DNA of 17,856 nucleotides from Myxococcota bacterium (GCA_039208735.1 JBCCQY010000183.1:1-17856), one strand, 5' to 3'; numbered from the stretch's first letter, positions 7,809-16,701 are shown. Program-made: numbers and translations. Notes: generated by a model from the sequence alone, not told the origin.

Positions 7809-10067
7809 TCAGAGGCTAGCGAGCCGCTTCCGCGTACGCATCACCGAGTCGGGCGTCAGTGAGATGCTGTCGATGCCCTGCTCGACAAGCCAGGCGGCGA
7901 AGTCGGGCTTGTCCGACGGCGCCTGACCACAGATGCCGACGGGAATGCCTTTGGCGTGCCCTCCTTCGATGGCTCGCGCGATGAGCGCTTTCACCGCGGG
8001 GTCAGCCTCGTCAAAGGACGCTTGGATGCGGTCTCCATCGCGGTCGATGCCCAACGTCAGCTGGGTCAGGTCGTTCGACCCGATCGAGAACCCGTCGAAG
8101 CGCTCCGCAAACTCGTGGGCAAGCACGGCGTTAGCCGGAATCTCCACCATCACGTAGATCTTGAGGTCGTTCTCTCCCCGCACGAGCCCAAATTCGGCCA
8201 TCGTTGCGATCACTCGGTCCGCCTCGCCCAACGTCCGGCAGAAGGGGACCATGACGCGCACGTTGTCGAGTCCCATTTCGCCGCGGACCCGCGCCAGCGC
8301 CTGGCACTCCAGCTGGAAGGCGTTCCGAAAGTCCGGATCCACGTACCGAGAGGCACCTCGCCAGCCGATCATGGGGTTCGCTTCGAGCTGTTCGAAGACG
8401 TCCCCCCCGAGCAAACCACGGTACTCGTTGGTCTTGAAGTCTGACATGCGCACGATGACCGGTCGGGGATGGAAGGCCGCGGCGACCTGACCCACGCCCG
8501 TGGCCAATCGGTCCACGAAGTACGCGGATCCTGACCCATAGGGTTTCGTCACCTTCGCGATCCGCGCGCGGGCGTCTTCCGACGTTTGCGTGGGGTCGAG
8601 GAGCGCGCGCGGATGAATGCCGATGTGCGACCCCACGAGGAACTCGAGTCGCAACAGTCCCACTCCGTCAACGGGCAGCATGGCGGCTCGCCAGGCATCG
8701 AAGGGATTGGCGACGTTCACCATGATCTTGGTCGGGATTTCCTTGCCGGCCTCGACCTCGACTTCTTCGTAGCGCCAGCTGCCTCGGCCTTCGTAGATGT
8801 GGCCCTCGTAGCCCTCAGCGCAGCTCACCGTGACCTCGGTGCCGCTCGTCAACACCGCGGTGGCGTCGCCCGCGCCGACCACCGCAGGGACGCCCAGTTC
8901 GCGACACACGATGGCCGCATGGCACGTCCGACCACCCGTGTCGGTCACGATGGCCGCCGCTTTGCGCATGGCGGGCTCCCAATCCGGATCGGTCCGGACC
9001 GCGACGAGGACCTCCCCTTCCTTGAACGACGAAAGTTGGCTTACATCAGTCATCACCCGCACGCGGCCCGACCCGACGTCTGCGCCCACCGCAATGCCCG
9101 TGACGAGGCGGTCTCCATGCGACTCGAGAATGGTTCGCGAGAGTCCCGGCGGCCCCTTGCGCGCTTGCACCGTTTCGGGCCGGGCCTGAAGGATCTGTAA
9201 GCTTCCATCTGGATCGTAGGCCCACTCGATATCCATGGGACGACCGAAGTGGGCTTCGATGGCTTTACCCACCCGGGCGAGCCGCAACGCTTGCTCGATC
9301 GTGATCACAAAGGATTCGCCATCGTATCCGGCCACCCGGTCGAGCAACGGGGCATGTCCGTCGAGCAAGGGCGCGTACACCTTGTACTGGTCCGGGGTTG
9401 CTTCGCCCGACACCAAGGCCTCCCCAAGCCCTCGCACCGCATCGATGTGGACGACTTCCCGAATTCCTTGGTCAGGGTCCAGGGTGAACATGACCCCGCT
9501 TGAGGCGCTCTGGACCATGCGCTGGATGCCGACCGAAAGGGCCACTTCGAGGTGATCGAAGCCCTGACCCTGACGGTAGCTGATCGCCCGGTCCGTAAAG
9601 AGCGAGGCGTAGCAACGCTGGACTGCGTCAATCACGGCATCAGGGCCTTGAACATTGAGGAATGTTTCCTGTTGCCCGGCGAAGGATGCCTCGGGCAGAT
9701 CTTCCGCGGTGGCGGAACTGCGAACCGCCACGGGGCCGTCGCCCAAGTTGGCGAGTGCACCCTTGACGGCAGCCACGATGTCGTCGGGCAATCCGGCTTC
9801 GCGGATTCGTTGACGGATGCGGGCGCCACGGGATTGCAGATCTTCGATGTTGGAGGGGTCGAGGCCTTCGAGTGCCTCTTTCAGGAAACTACCCAAGTTG
9901 TGGGCTTCGATGAAGGTGCGGAACGCGTGCGCCGTAATGGCGAAGCCGTCAGGGACGTTCGCGTCTTGCCCCATCAGCGCGTGCTGCAACTCGCCGAGCC
10001 CCGCGTTCTTGCCGCCCGCTCGATCGATGTCCCCAATTCGCAATTCCGAGAACGTCGCAACGTACAC
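7809..10067 (-). CDS. ppsA: Phosphoenolpyruvate synthase (pyruvate, water dikinase)
   Basis: Motifs GGKNAGLGEL, VAVRSSATAEDLPEASFAGQQETFLNV, DIEWA, ILQARPETV, phospho-His loop GGRTCHAAIVCRELG, FDGFSIGSNDLTQL and GICGQAPSD. Start reassigned to GTG 10067 with RBS GGGGAGAGGA, giving 752 aa. Confidence 0.97.
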   Translation of the reverse strand: MYVATFSELRIGDIDRAGGKNAGLGELQHALMGQDANVPDGFAITAHAFRTFIEAHNLGSFLKEALEGLDPSNIEDLQSRGARIRQRIREAGLPDDIVAAVKGALANLGDGPVAVRSSATAEDLPEASFAGQQETFLNVQGPDAVIDAVQRCYASLFTDRAISYRQGQGFDHLEVALSVGIQRMVQSASSGVMFTLDPDQGIREVVHIDAVRGLGEALVSGEATPDQYKVYAPLLDGHAPLLDRVAGYDGESFVITIEQALRLARVGKAIEAHFGRPMDIEWAYDPDGSLQILQARPETVQARKGPPGLSRTILESHGDRLVTGIAVGADVGSGRVRVMTDVSQLSSFKEGEVLVAVRTDPDWEPAMRKAAAIVTDTGGRTCHAAIVCRELGVPAVVGAGDATAVLTSGTEVTVSCAEGYEGHIYEGRGSWRYEEVEVEAGKEIPTKIMVNVANPFDAWRAAMLPVDGVGLLRLEFLVGSHIGIHPRALLDPTQTSEDARARIAKVTKPYGSGSAYFVDRLATGVGQVAAAFHPRPVIVRMSDFKTNEYRGLLGGDVFEQLEANPMIGWRGASRYVDPDFRNAFQLECQALARVRGEMGLDNVRVMVPFCRTLGEADRVIATMAEFGLVRGENDLKIYVMVEIPANAVLAHEFAERFDGFSIGSNDLTQLTLGIDRDGDRIQASFDEADPAVKALIARAIEGGHAKGIPVGICGQAPSDKPDFAAWLVEQGIDSISLTPDSVMRTRKRLASL

Positions 10068-10147
10068 GTTCCTCTCCCCAGACCCTAAACGGGTCACCTG
10101 GCCCGATCGCCAACGCGTCGAGTATCCCGGCCTCCACAAGCGCGCGG

Positions 10148-10156
10148 TGCTACCAT
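10148..10156 (+). promoter_or_regulatory. Possible extended -10 element for acs
   Basis: TGCTACCAT matches TGnTAnnnT and lies 25 bp upstream of the acs GTG. AGGAG RBS at 10171-10175. Confidence 0.4.
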
Positions 10157-10181
10157 CGTCGCTCTCGCAAAGGAGAATGTC

Positions 10182-12155
10182 GTGGCCGAGCTGTACCCCG
10201 TACCCCCACGCGTCGCGGCGCAGGCCGAAGGACCGGTGCCCTCGCGTGCGCAGTACTTGGAGCTGCGCCATCGAGCGAAGTCCGATCCCAGCGGCTTCTG
10301 GCTCGCTCGCGCAAAGGAGCGGCTGTACTGGCGCACGCCACCCACCAAGGGGCTTGAGGGGGACTTCTACAAGATCCCTCAGCAAGCCATTCGCTGGTTC
10401 GAAGACGGTGTTCTGAACGTGTCGGAGAACTGCCTCGATCGCCACCTCGTGATGCAAGGCGGCAAGACGGCCATCGTCTGGGAAGGCGATGAGCCCGGCA
10501 CGGTGCGCACCCTGACCTACCAAGAGCTTCACCTCGAGGTCTGTCGCACGGCCAACGCGTTGCAAGCCCTCGGCGTAGCGCCCGGCGATCGCGTGGTGAT
10601 CTACATGGGGATGGTGCCGGAAGCCGCGATCGCGATGCTCGCGTGTTCCCGCATTGGAGCGGTTCGCTCTGTGGTCTTCGGCGGATTTTCGGCCGAAGCG
10701 CTTCGAGACCGCATCCTCGATTGCGATGCTCGGGTGGTCATTACCCAGGATGAGGGGCGTCGCGGGGGGCGGACGATTCCCCTGAAGGCGACGACCGATC
10801 AGGCGGTGGCCCAGGCTGCAGACGTGAAGAGTGTCCTGGTCTACCGCCACACCGGGGCGCCGGTGTCGATGACGCCGGGGCGCGACGTGTGGTGGCAGGA
10901 TGTGGTGCCAGGGGCCGGAGACCTTCACGACGCAGTGGCGCGCAAGGCTGAAGATCCGCTGTTTATCTTGTATACGTCTGGCTCAACGGGCAAGCCGAAG
11001 GGACTGGTCCACACCACGGCCGGCTACCTGTTGTGGGCGAGCTGGACCTGCCAGACGACGTTCGACCTGCGGGAAGACGACGTGTTCGCCTGCGTTGCGG
11101 ACATTGGTTGGATCACGGGCCACAGCTACATCGTCTACGGACCGCTCGCCAATGGCGCGACCACCCTGATGTTCGAGTCGACACCGCTGTATCCGAACGC
11201 GGGCCGCTACTGGGACATGGTCGAACGGCACAAGATCACAGTGTTCTACACGGCGCCCACGGCGATTCGGGCGCTCGCTGCGCACGGGGAGGACCCGGTA
11301 CAGGCCCACGATCGGTCGACGCTCCGCGTGCTGGGAACCGTGGGAGAACCTATCAATCCCGCGGCATGGGAGTGGTACTACCACACGGTGGGTGAAGGTC
11401 GCTGTGCGGTGGTCGACACCTGGTGGCAGACCGAAACGGGCGGCCACATGATCACGCCCATCGCTCCGGCTACCGCCACCAAACCTGGCTCGGCGACCTT
11501 GCCGTTGCCCGGGGTCGAGGCGGGTCTCTTCGCGCGTGACGACCAAGACCCTCGCATCGTTCGACTCGTTCAGGGTCCTGGAGAGGGGCTGTTGTGCATC
11601 GCGACGCCGTGGCCCGGCATGGCTCGCACCGTGTGGGGCGACCACCGGCGATACGTGCAGACCTATTTCAGCGAAGTCATGGGCCACTACTTCACCGGGG
11701 ACGGCGCTCGTCGCGATGAAGACGGCTACTTCTGGATCACGGGACGCGTGGACGATGTGCTGAATGTCAGCGGCCATCGCATGGGAACGGCCGAGTTCGA
11801 AAGTGCGCTTGTGGCCACGGCCGAAGTCGCAGAGGCCGCGGTGGTTGGCTACCCCCACGACCTCAAGGGCCAGGGCGTATACGCCTACGTGGTGCTTCAG
11901 GACGCGAACACGGCGCAGGACACGTTGCTTGGGCTACTCAACGGCGCCTGTCGGGAACACATTGGCGCCCACGCCCGGATCGACAAGCTCCAGGTCGTGC
12001 CTGGATTGCCCAAGACCCGGTCGGGCAAGGTGATGCGTCGCATTTTGCGCAAAGTGGCGGAGGGAGAGTCGGACCGGCTTGGCGACGTCAGCACATTGGC
12101 CGATCCCACCGTCGTTCAGGCCATTGTGGCCGGAGCGACGAACGTACTCGGCTGA
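10182..12155 (+). CDS. acs: Acetyl-CoA synthetase (AMP-forming acetate--CoA ligase)
   Basis: Motifs WFEDGVLNVSENCLDRH, LYTSGSTGKPKG, ADIGWITGHSYIVYGPL, VGEPIN, DTWWQTETGG, YFTGDG, GRVDDVLNVSGHR and LPKTRSGKVMRR (the acetylation-controlled Lys). Confidence 0.97.
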   Translation: MAELYPVPPRVAAQAEGPVPSRAQYLELRHRAKSDPSGFWLARAKERLYWRTPPTKGLEGDFYKIPQQAIRWFEDGVLNVSENCLDRHLVMQGGKTAIVWEGDEPGTVRTLTYQELHLEVCRTANALQALGVAPGDRVVIYMGMVPEAAIAMLACSRIGAVRSVVFGGFSAEALRDRILDCDARVVITQDEGRRGGRTIPLKATTDQAVAQAADVKSVLVYRHTGAPVSMTPGRDVWWQDVVPGAGDLHDAVARKAEDPLFILYTSGSTGKPKGLVHTTAGYLLWASWTCQTTFDLREDDVFACVADIGWITGHSYIVYGPLANGATTLMFESTPLYPNAGRYWDMVERHKITVFYTAPTAIRALAAHGEDPVQAHDRSTLRVLGTVGEPINPAAWEWYYHTVGEGRCAVVDTWWQTETGGHMITPIAPATATKPGSATLPLPGVEAGLFARDDQDPRIVRLVQGPGEGLLCIATPWPGMARTVWGDHRRYVQTYFSEVMGHYFTGDGARRDEDGYFWITGRVDDVLNVSGHRMGTAEFESALVATAEVAEAAVVGYPHDLKGQGVYAYVVLQDANTAQDTLLGLLNGACREHIGAHARIDKLQVVPGLPKTRSGKVMRRILRKVAEGESDRLGDVSTLADPTVVQAIVAGATNVLG

Positions 12156-12168
12156 CGGAGGAGGCGGC

Positions 12169-12855
12169 ATGCGTGTGTTGGTGGTCGAAGACGATCGACG
12201 AACCGCAGAACTCGTTCGCGACTACTTGCAGGGCGAGGGGTTCACGGTGACGCTTGCGCACCGAGGTTCTGAAGGCCTGGCCGCCATTCTCACCGACGCT
12301 CCCGATGTCGTGGTGCTCGACTGGATGCTGCCCGACCTCGACGGATTGCAGGTGTGCAAGCGTGCGCGCGAATCGTATGCGGGCCCCATTCTGATGCTCA
12401 CGGCCCGCGACGATGAGGTCGACCAGATCGTCGGCCTCGAAGTCGGAGCGGACGACTACCTCACCAAGCCGGTGCGGCCCCGCTTGCTCGTGGCTCGGCT
12501 TCGGGCCTTGCTGCGACGGACCACCTCCTCGCCCGACGGCCGAGATCCAGAACGCCACGAAGTCGCCGACTGGGTGATCGACCGTGGCCGCCGGTCCGTC
12601 ACCGTACGGGGAGAGGTCGTCGACCTTACGACCGCGGAGTTCGATCTATTGTGGTTCTTGGCCGAGCATGCGGGCTCACCCGTGACCCGAGACCAGCTGT
12701 TCGAAGAACTGCGGGGCATTCCCTATGACGGCCTCGATCGGTCCATGGACATGCGGGTGAGTCAGCTTCGGCGCCGGCTTGTCGATGCGCATCCCGAGGG
12801 TCTGGACCCGATCTGTACGGTTCGGGGCACGGGCTACCAACTGGTCTCGGGGTGA
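12169..12855 (+). CDS. OmpR/PhoB-family response regulator (RstA/CpxR-like)
   Basis: Receiver MRVLVVEDD...VLDWMLP...LMLTA...ADDYLTKP. Winged helix LTTAEFDLL...DRSMDMRVSQLRRRL...TVRGTGY. GGAGGAGG RBS before ATG 12169. Confidence 0.95.
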   Translation: MRVLVVEDDRRTAELVRDYLQGEGFTVTLAHRGSEGLAAILTDAPDVVVLDWMLPDLDGLQVCKRARESYAGPILMLTARDDEVDQIVGLEVGADDYLTKPVRPRLLVARLRALLRRTTSSPDGRDPERHEVADWVIDRGRRSVTVRGEVVDLTTAEFDLLWFLAEHAGSPVTRDQLFEELRGIPYDGLDRSMDMRVSQLRRRLVDAHPEGLDPICTVRGTGYQLVSG

Positions 12856-14144
12856 TTGCAAGCCTTCCACGATTGTTTTTGCGCACCTACCTGGTCATCG
12901 CGGCGGTGCTTCTCGCCGGCTTGATCATGGCGGGAGGATGGGGCTTTGCCCTTCGGTCTCCGCCCGACAACAACGCCCTTGAGGCCTTGATGCACGCGCC
13001 TGGGGCGGTGGAGCGGGCGTTCGATGGCCAGCCCGCCGTTGCGGCTACGGCGCAGGTGGCGGCGGAGCTGGATGCCGAAGTTCGGCTGCATCGCGTCGAA
13101 GATCTTGCGTTTAAGGTCCCTCCGCATGTCTACGAACGGCTGTCCCTCGGCGAACTCGTCGGGCCTCCGCCGGGCATGCGGCCCATTGCTTGGATGCCGG
13201 TCGGCGAAGGGCTCGTCGTTGAGGTCCGTCCCAACGTGCCGTCTCCACCCCCCATCCCCTTCATTGCCGTAGGGGTGCTCCTGGGGCTCGGGGTGGCCCT
13301 CATCACGTTGCTTCGACCGCTGGACCGCGAGCTTCGCGCGTTGGAGCAAGCCGCCCAGGAGTTTGGTCAGGGCGACCGTGCGGCCAGGGTTGAGACCTCA
13401 CCCAACGCCGCGACCGCCAAGCTCGCAGAGCGCTTCAACGCGATGGCAGATCGCATCGCCCAGCTTCTCGAGTCGCAGCGCGACTTGTTGCTCGCCGTCT
13501 CCCACGAAGTCCGCACGCCGCTGAATCGATTGCGCTTCGCAGTGGAACTCCTCGCTGACGAGGACGACGCGGAGGCGCGGGACTCAAAACTGCAGGCGTT
13601 GCACCACGACCTCGATGAACTCGACGATCTCGTCGCGGAACTGTTGACCTTCTACCGGCTCGAACAGAGTGCGCCGCCATCGTTAGGGTCGACGGCCCTC
13701 GAGCCCCTCGTCGAAGGACTGGTGGCCGATGCAGCCCGCCTTCGGCCAGGGATTCAGGCCACTTGTCGAGACGTCAATCATGCGGTGTGGGCGAACCCTG
13801 GCCTGCTTCGGCGTGCGTTGTCCAAGGTCATCGCGAATGCAGCGCGGTACGCCGATAGTCAGCTATTGGTGACCGCCCACTCCACGACGGGCGTCGTGCG
13901 CGTATACATCGATGACGACGGACCGGGGATCCCGTCCGAGGATCGCATTCGGGTGCTCGAGCCCTTCGTCCGGCTCGATGGAGCCCGGGATCGGGATGCG
14001 GGGGGCAGCGGCTTGGGACTTGCGGTGGTGAACCGCATCGTGACGGCCCATGGAGGGTCCCTCGTGATCACGGACGCTCCCCTCGGGGGCGCGCGCATCA
14101 TGCTGTCGTGGCCAAGGCCGCTGACGCGGGCTGACATGGCCTGA
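12852..14144 (+). CDS. Membrane sensor histidine kinase with HAMP domain (RstB/CpxA-like)
   Basis: Two TM segments, HAMP (LAERFNAMADRI), H-box VSHEVRTPL, G1 DDDGPGI, F-box LEPFVRLD and G2 GGSGLGLA. GTGA overlap with the regulator stop. Confidence 0.95.
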   Translation: MIASLPRLFLRTYLVIAAVLLAGLIMAGGWGFALRSPPDNNALEALMHAPGAVERAFDGQPAVAATAQVAAELDAEVRLHRVEDLAFKVPPHVYERLSLGELVGPPPGMRPIAWMPVGEGLVVEVRPNVPSPPPIPFIAVGVLLGLGVALITLLRPLDRELRALEQAAQEFGQGDRAARVETSPNAATAKLAERFNAMADRIAQLLESQRDLLLAVSHEVRTPLNRLRFAVELLADEDDAEARDSKLQALHHDLDELDDLVAELLTFYRLEQSAPPSLGSTALEPLVEGLVADAARLRPGIQATCRDVNHAVWANPGLLRRALSKVIANAARYADSQLLVTAHSTTGVVRVYIDDDGPGIPSEDRIRVLEPFVRLDGARDRDAGGSGLGLAVVNRIVTAHGGSLVITDAPLGGARIMLSWPRPLTRADMA

Positions 14145-14218
14145 CCACGGTGCCACAGCGGGTGGTCCGAGGCGGTCCTACGAATTGGCCCACGCGCGAA
14201 GAGCGCTGGGAGGTGGTT

Positions 14219-14650
14219 GTGCGCATGCTCGCATGCTTGTTCTTGTCGGGGTTGCCCGGCGTGGCTCTGGCGAAGGGTCCTCCGCCCCACGGGCCTCCTC
14301 CGCTCGCGGTCGTGGTGGAGCGGCACGCCAGCGAAGTCGGCGTCGATGCAACCACAATTTCGCGCATTCACGCGATGATGAAGGCCGAACGGTTCACGCA
14401 TGAGGAGCTTCGGGCGGAGGTTCGGTCCGCCCGCGAAGCGCTGCGATCTGCGATGGAGGCCGATAAACCCGATCCCGCGACGGTGTTTGAGGCGTCCCTG
14501 GAGTTGGGGGATGCCGAACGGGCCCTTCGTGACCACCGCCTCTCCGTCGATCTGGCCGTGATTGCCGAACTCACCCCCGCGCAGTGGGCCGCGCTGCGAG
14601 CTCAGCGACCACCGATGCCTCAGGGTCACGAGCGGCCTCCGCGCCGCTAG
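14219..14650 (+). CDS. Spy/CpxP/ZraP-like periplasmic helical protein (LTxxQ motif)
   Basis: Signal peptide ending in ALA, helical core and a C-terminal ELTPAQW (LTxxQ). Lies directly downstream of the two-component pair. GGAGG at 14209-14213 supports GTG 14219 (alternative ATG 14225). Confidence 0.78.
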   Translation: MRMLACLFLSGLPGVALAKGPPPHGPPPLAVVVERHASEVGVDATTISRIHAMMKAERFTHEELRAEVRSAREALRSAMEADKPDPATVFEASLELGDAERALRDHRLSVDLAVIAELTPAQWAALRAQRPPMPQGHERPPRR

Positions 14651-14682
14651 CTTCGGGGTGGATTGGGCGGTATGGGGCCCGC

Positions 14683-15609
14683 ATGAACGCTGTCGTTTTC
14701 TGGTTGTTCGTCGGGTGCCCCACCACGGCGCCTCCCGCTCCGGCCCCTGCGCCCGCGCCGGTCCCTGTGGTGGAGCCCGAACCGGAACCCGAGCCCGAAC
14801 CGGTCGCCCCGCCGCCCGTCGACTTGGTGGTGCCGAGCGACAATGCGGAGCGGGCTCGGCGCCTTGGCGAACTCGAGCACCAGATCCGCGACCCCGAGAC
14901 GCCACTCGAGCGGCTTGCCGATCTCGGCCATGCCGAGCAGCGCATCCTCCGGGTGCTGTCGACGGACTCGGTCGCCGCCAAGGTGGTGTTGCCCCTGGTG
15001 CCCGAGGACGTTCGAGCCAACGTCCAGCGCCTGTTGGATGGCACAATCTCGGCCGGCCGCACGGTCGTGAAACCTCGCACCGACCTCCCCAACTGGAAGA
15101 TCGTGGAGCCCCTGCCCCCCGAGGAGCTGCTCGGCTACTACCGCGCCTCCGAAGCGGCATCCGGGGTGCCCTGGTCGATTCTGGCCTCCGTCAATCTCAA
15201 CGAGACACGCATGGGCCGACTTCGCGGCACGTCCTACGTCGGAGCTCAGGGTCCGATGCAGTTCATGCCCGCCACCTGGAAAGCCTACGGCAAGGGCGAC
15301 CCCAACAAGGACGAAGACGCGATCATGGCGGCCGGCCACTACCTCAACGCGATGGGGTACGCCTCGAACCCGGACCGTGCGATCTGGCGGTACAACCACT
15401 CGGATGCCTACGTTCGCGCCATCAAGCTCTTCGCCGAGTCGATGGACGAAGAACCGAGAATGTTCCATGCCCTACGCGGATGGCGGGTCTACTACCGCAC
15501 CGTCGAGGGGTCGATCTGGCTGCGTACGGGCTACGAGCAGACCGAGCGCATCTCCATTGCGACGTACTGCGACGACGTTGGCGAGCCCTACTGTCCCAAG
15601 GTTCACTGA
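14683..15609 (+). CDS. Lytic transglycosylase (SLT/lysozyme-like) domain protein, probable lipoprotein
   Basis: Motifs GVPWSILASVNLNET (catalytic Glu), GAQGPMQFMPATW, DAIMAAGHYL and AIWRYNHSDAYV. N-terminus MNAVVFWLFVGC followed by a Pro-rich linker. Start trimmed to ATG 14683. Confidence 0.88.
   Translation: MNAVVFWLFVGCPTTAPPAPAPAPAPVPVVEPEPEPEPEPVAPPPVDLVVPSDNAERARRLGELEHQIRDPETPLERLADLGHAEQRILRVLSTDSVAAKVVLPLVPEDVRANVQRLLDGTISAGRTVVKPRTDLPNWKIVEPLPPEELLGYYRASEAASGVPWSILASVNLNETRMGRLRGTSYVGAQGPMQFMPATWKAYGKGDPNKDEDAIMAAGHYLNAMGYASNPDRAIWRYNHSDAYVRAIKLFAESMDEEPRMFHALRGWRVYYRTVEGSIWLRTGYEQTERISIATYCDDVGEPYCPKVH
14728..14817 (+). repeat. Coding low-complexity (AP)n/(EP)n repeat linker
   Basis: Encodes APPAPAPAPAPVPVVEPEPEPEPEPVAPPP. 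GAGCCCGAACCG occurs at both 14773 and 14791. Confidence 0.85.
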
Positions 15610-15616
15610 GACGCAG

Positions 15617-16108
15617 ATGCCCTCTCGCCTTCGCCGCCGAACCCCCTCACGCGCGCCTGTGGCGCGGGTGGTGGACGTCACGCGCTACTTCGGTCCCACC
15701 ACGTTGCAGGTGATGACCGAACGTGGTTCGTGGTGCCCAAAGGTCGACCAGGTTGGAGTGGGGTGGTCTCGCGACCGGGGGACCATCGAGGTGGGGCTCG
15801 ATGATGGCGACCTTCGGCCGACGTTGCCGTGGTGGCTCCGAACGAGTTCGCGTGCGACGATCACCTTGCACGGCTTGTCGTGTGTGGTCGGCTTGCCCAC
15901 GGTGCGGCGCCGTGGGCACTGGACGCTCCTGCGATGGCCCACCCGCCAAGCGCGCCTTGCCGAGGTACTGAACCAGGCAAAGCAGCTTCCCGCCATGTTT
16001 GAGCCTTTGTTGAAGCAACCCCTGTCGGCCGAGGTGTGTGCCGTGATCAAGGACTACCTGCTGTCGGCGGGCGACGAATCGCTAGCGGTCTGGTTCGGCG
16101 ATGAATGA
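15617..16108 (+). CDS. Hypothetical protein (163 aa)
   Basis: ATG lies 7 bp after the transglycosylase stop and its own stop overlaps the next gene's start, so it fills the gap in an operon-like run. No family recognised. Confidence 0.6.
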   Translation: MPSRLRRRTPSRAPVARVVDVTRYFGPTTLQVMTERGSWCPKVDQVGVGWSRDRGTIEVGLDDGDLRPTLPWWLRTSSRATITLHGLSCVVGLPTVRRRGHWTLLRWPTRQARLAEVLNQAKQLPAMFEPLLKQPLSAEVCAVIKDYLLSAGDESLAVWFGDE

Positions 16109-16697
16109 AGACCGCCTAGACTTTCCTGCGACCTCCCGCAACCGCGATGCGCTCGTCGATGTTTTGTCGGGGCGATTGCCCAAGGAAGGACGACTCCTTG
16201 AGGTGGCGAGTGGCTCAGGCCAGCATGTCGCATGGTTTGCCACCCGTTGGCCAGGCGTGACCTTCGTGCCCAGCGATCCCGATCCCCGGCATCGAGCCTC
16301 CATCGCCGCCTGGACGGACGAGCTGCCCAACGTCGAAGCGCCGATCGACCTCGATGTGCTGCGCTCTCCCTGGGCCATTGATCTTGTTGATTTCGTCTTT
16401 TGCGCCAACATGATCCACATTTCCCCCTTCGCCTGCACCGAAGCGCTGATCGCGAACGCGGCCACCGTGCTTTCTCCAGCCGGCCGGTTGTGGCTGTACG
16501 GCCCATTCGTGCAGGCCGACGTCGAGACGGCGCCGAGCAATCTGGCGTTTGATGCGTCGCTTCGTGAACGAAACCCGGCATGGGGCATTCGTCATCTCGA
16601 CGAGGTTACCGCCCTAAGCGATCAAGCTGGCCTCACCCGCACCGACGTGGTGGCGATGCCCGCGAACAACCTCTTCGTGGCGTTCGAACGTCGATGA
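16101..16697 (+). CDS. DUF938-family SAM-dependent methyltransferase
   Basis: Motifs PATSRNR, LLEVASGSGQH, ANMIHISP, LYGPF, APSNLAFDASLRERNPAWGIR and MPANN. Confidence 0.92.
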   Translation: MNEDRLDFPATSRNRDALVDVLSGRLPKEGRLLEVASGSGQHVAWFATRWPGVTFVPSDPDPRHRASIAAWTDELPNVEAPIDLDVLRSPWAIDLVDFVFCANMIHISPFACTEALIANAATVLSPAGRLWLYGPFVQADVETAPSNLAFDASLRERNPAWGIRHLDEVTALSDQAGLTRTDVVAMPANNLFVAFERR

Positions 16698-16701
16698 GCG
16701 A

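Noticed and set aside
7765..7810. GAAGGC...GCCTTC dyad as a terminator or IS right end
   Set aside because: The stem is loose, has no U-tract, and does not match the IS left-end sequence.
10068..10928. Apparent 1039-aa PpsA with a novel N-terminal domain
   Set aside because: The extension is antisense to acs, and PpsA homology starts at GTG 10067, which has a good RBS.
12079..12168. Upstream extension of the response regulator
   Set aside because: It overlaps the acs 3' end; a strong RBS and the canonical MRVLVVEDD start place the start at 12169.
14728..14817. Short tandem repeats as a possible CRISPR array or contingency locus
   Set aside because: They are in-frame 6-bp degenerate codon repeats encoding a Pro-rich linker, with no repeat-spacer structure.
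13859..15713. Long Arg/Pro-rich ORFs 13859..15160 (-), 14562..15713 (+) and 14647..15468 (-)
   Set aside because: They are alternative-frame shadows of well-supported genes.
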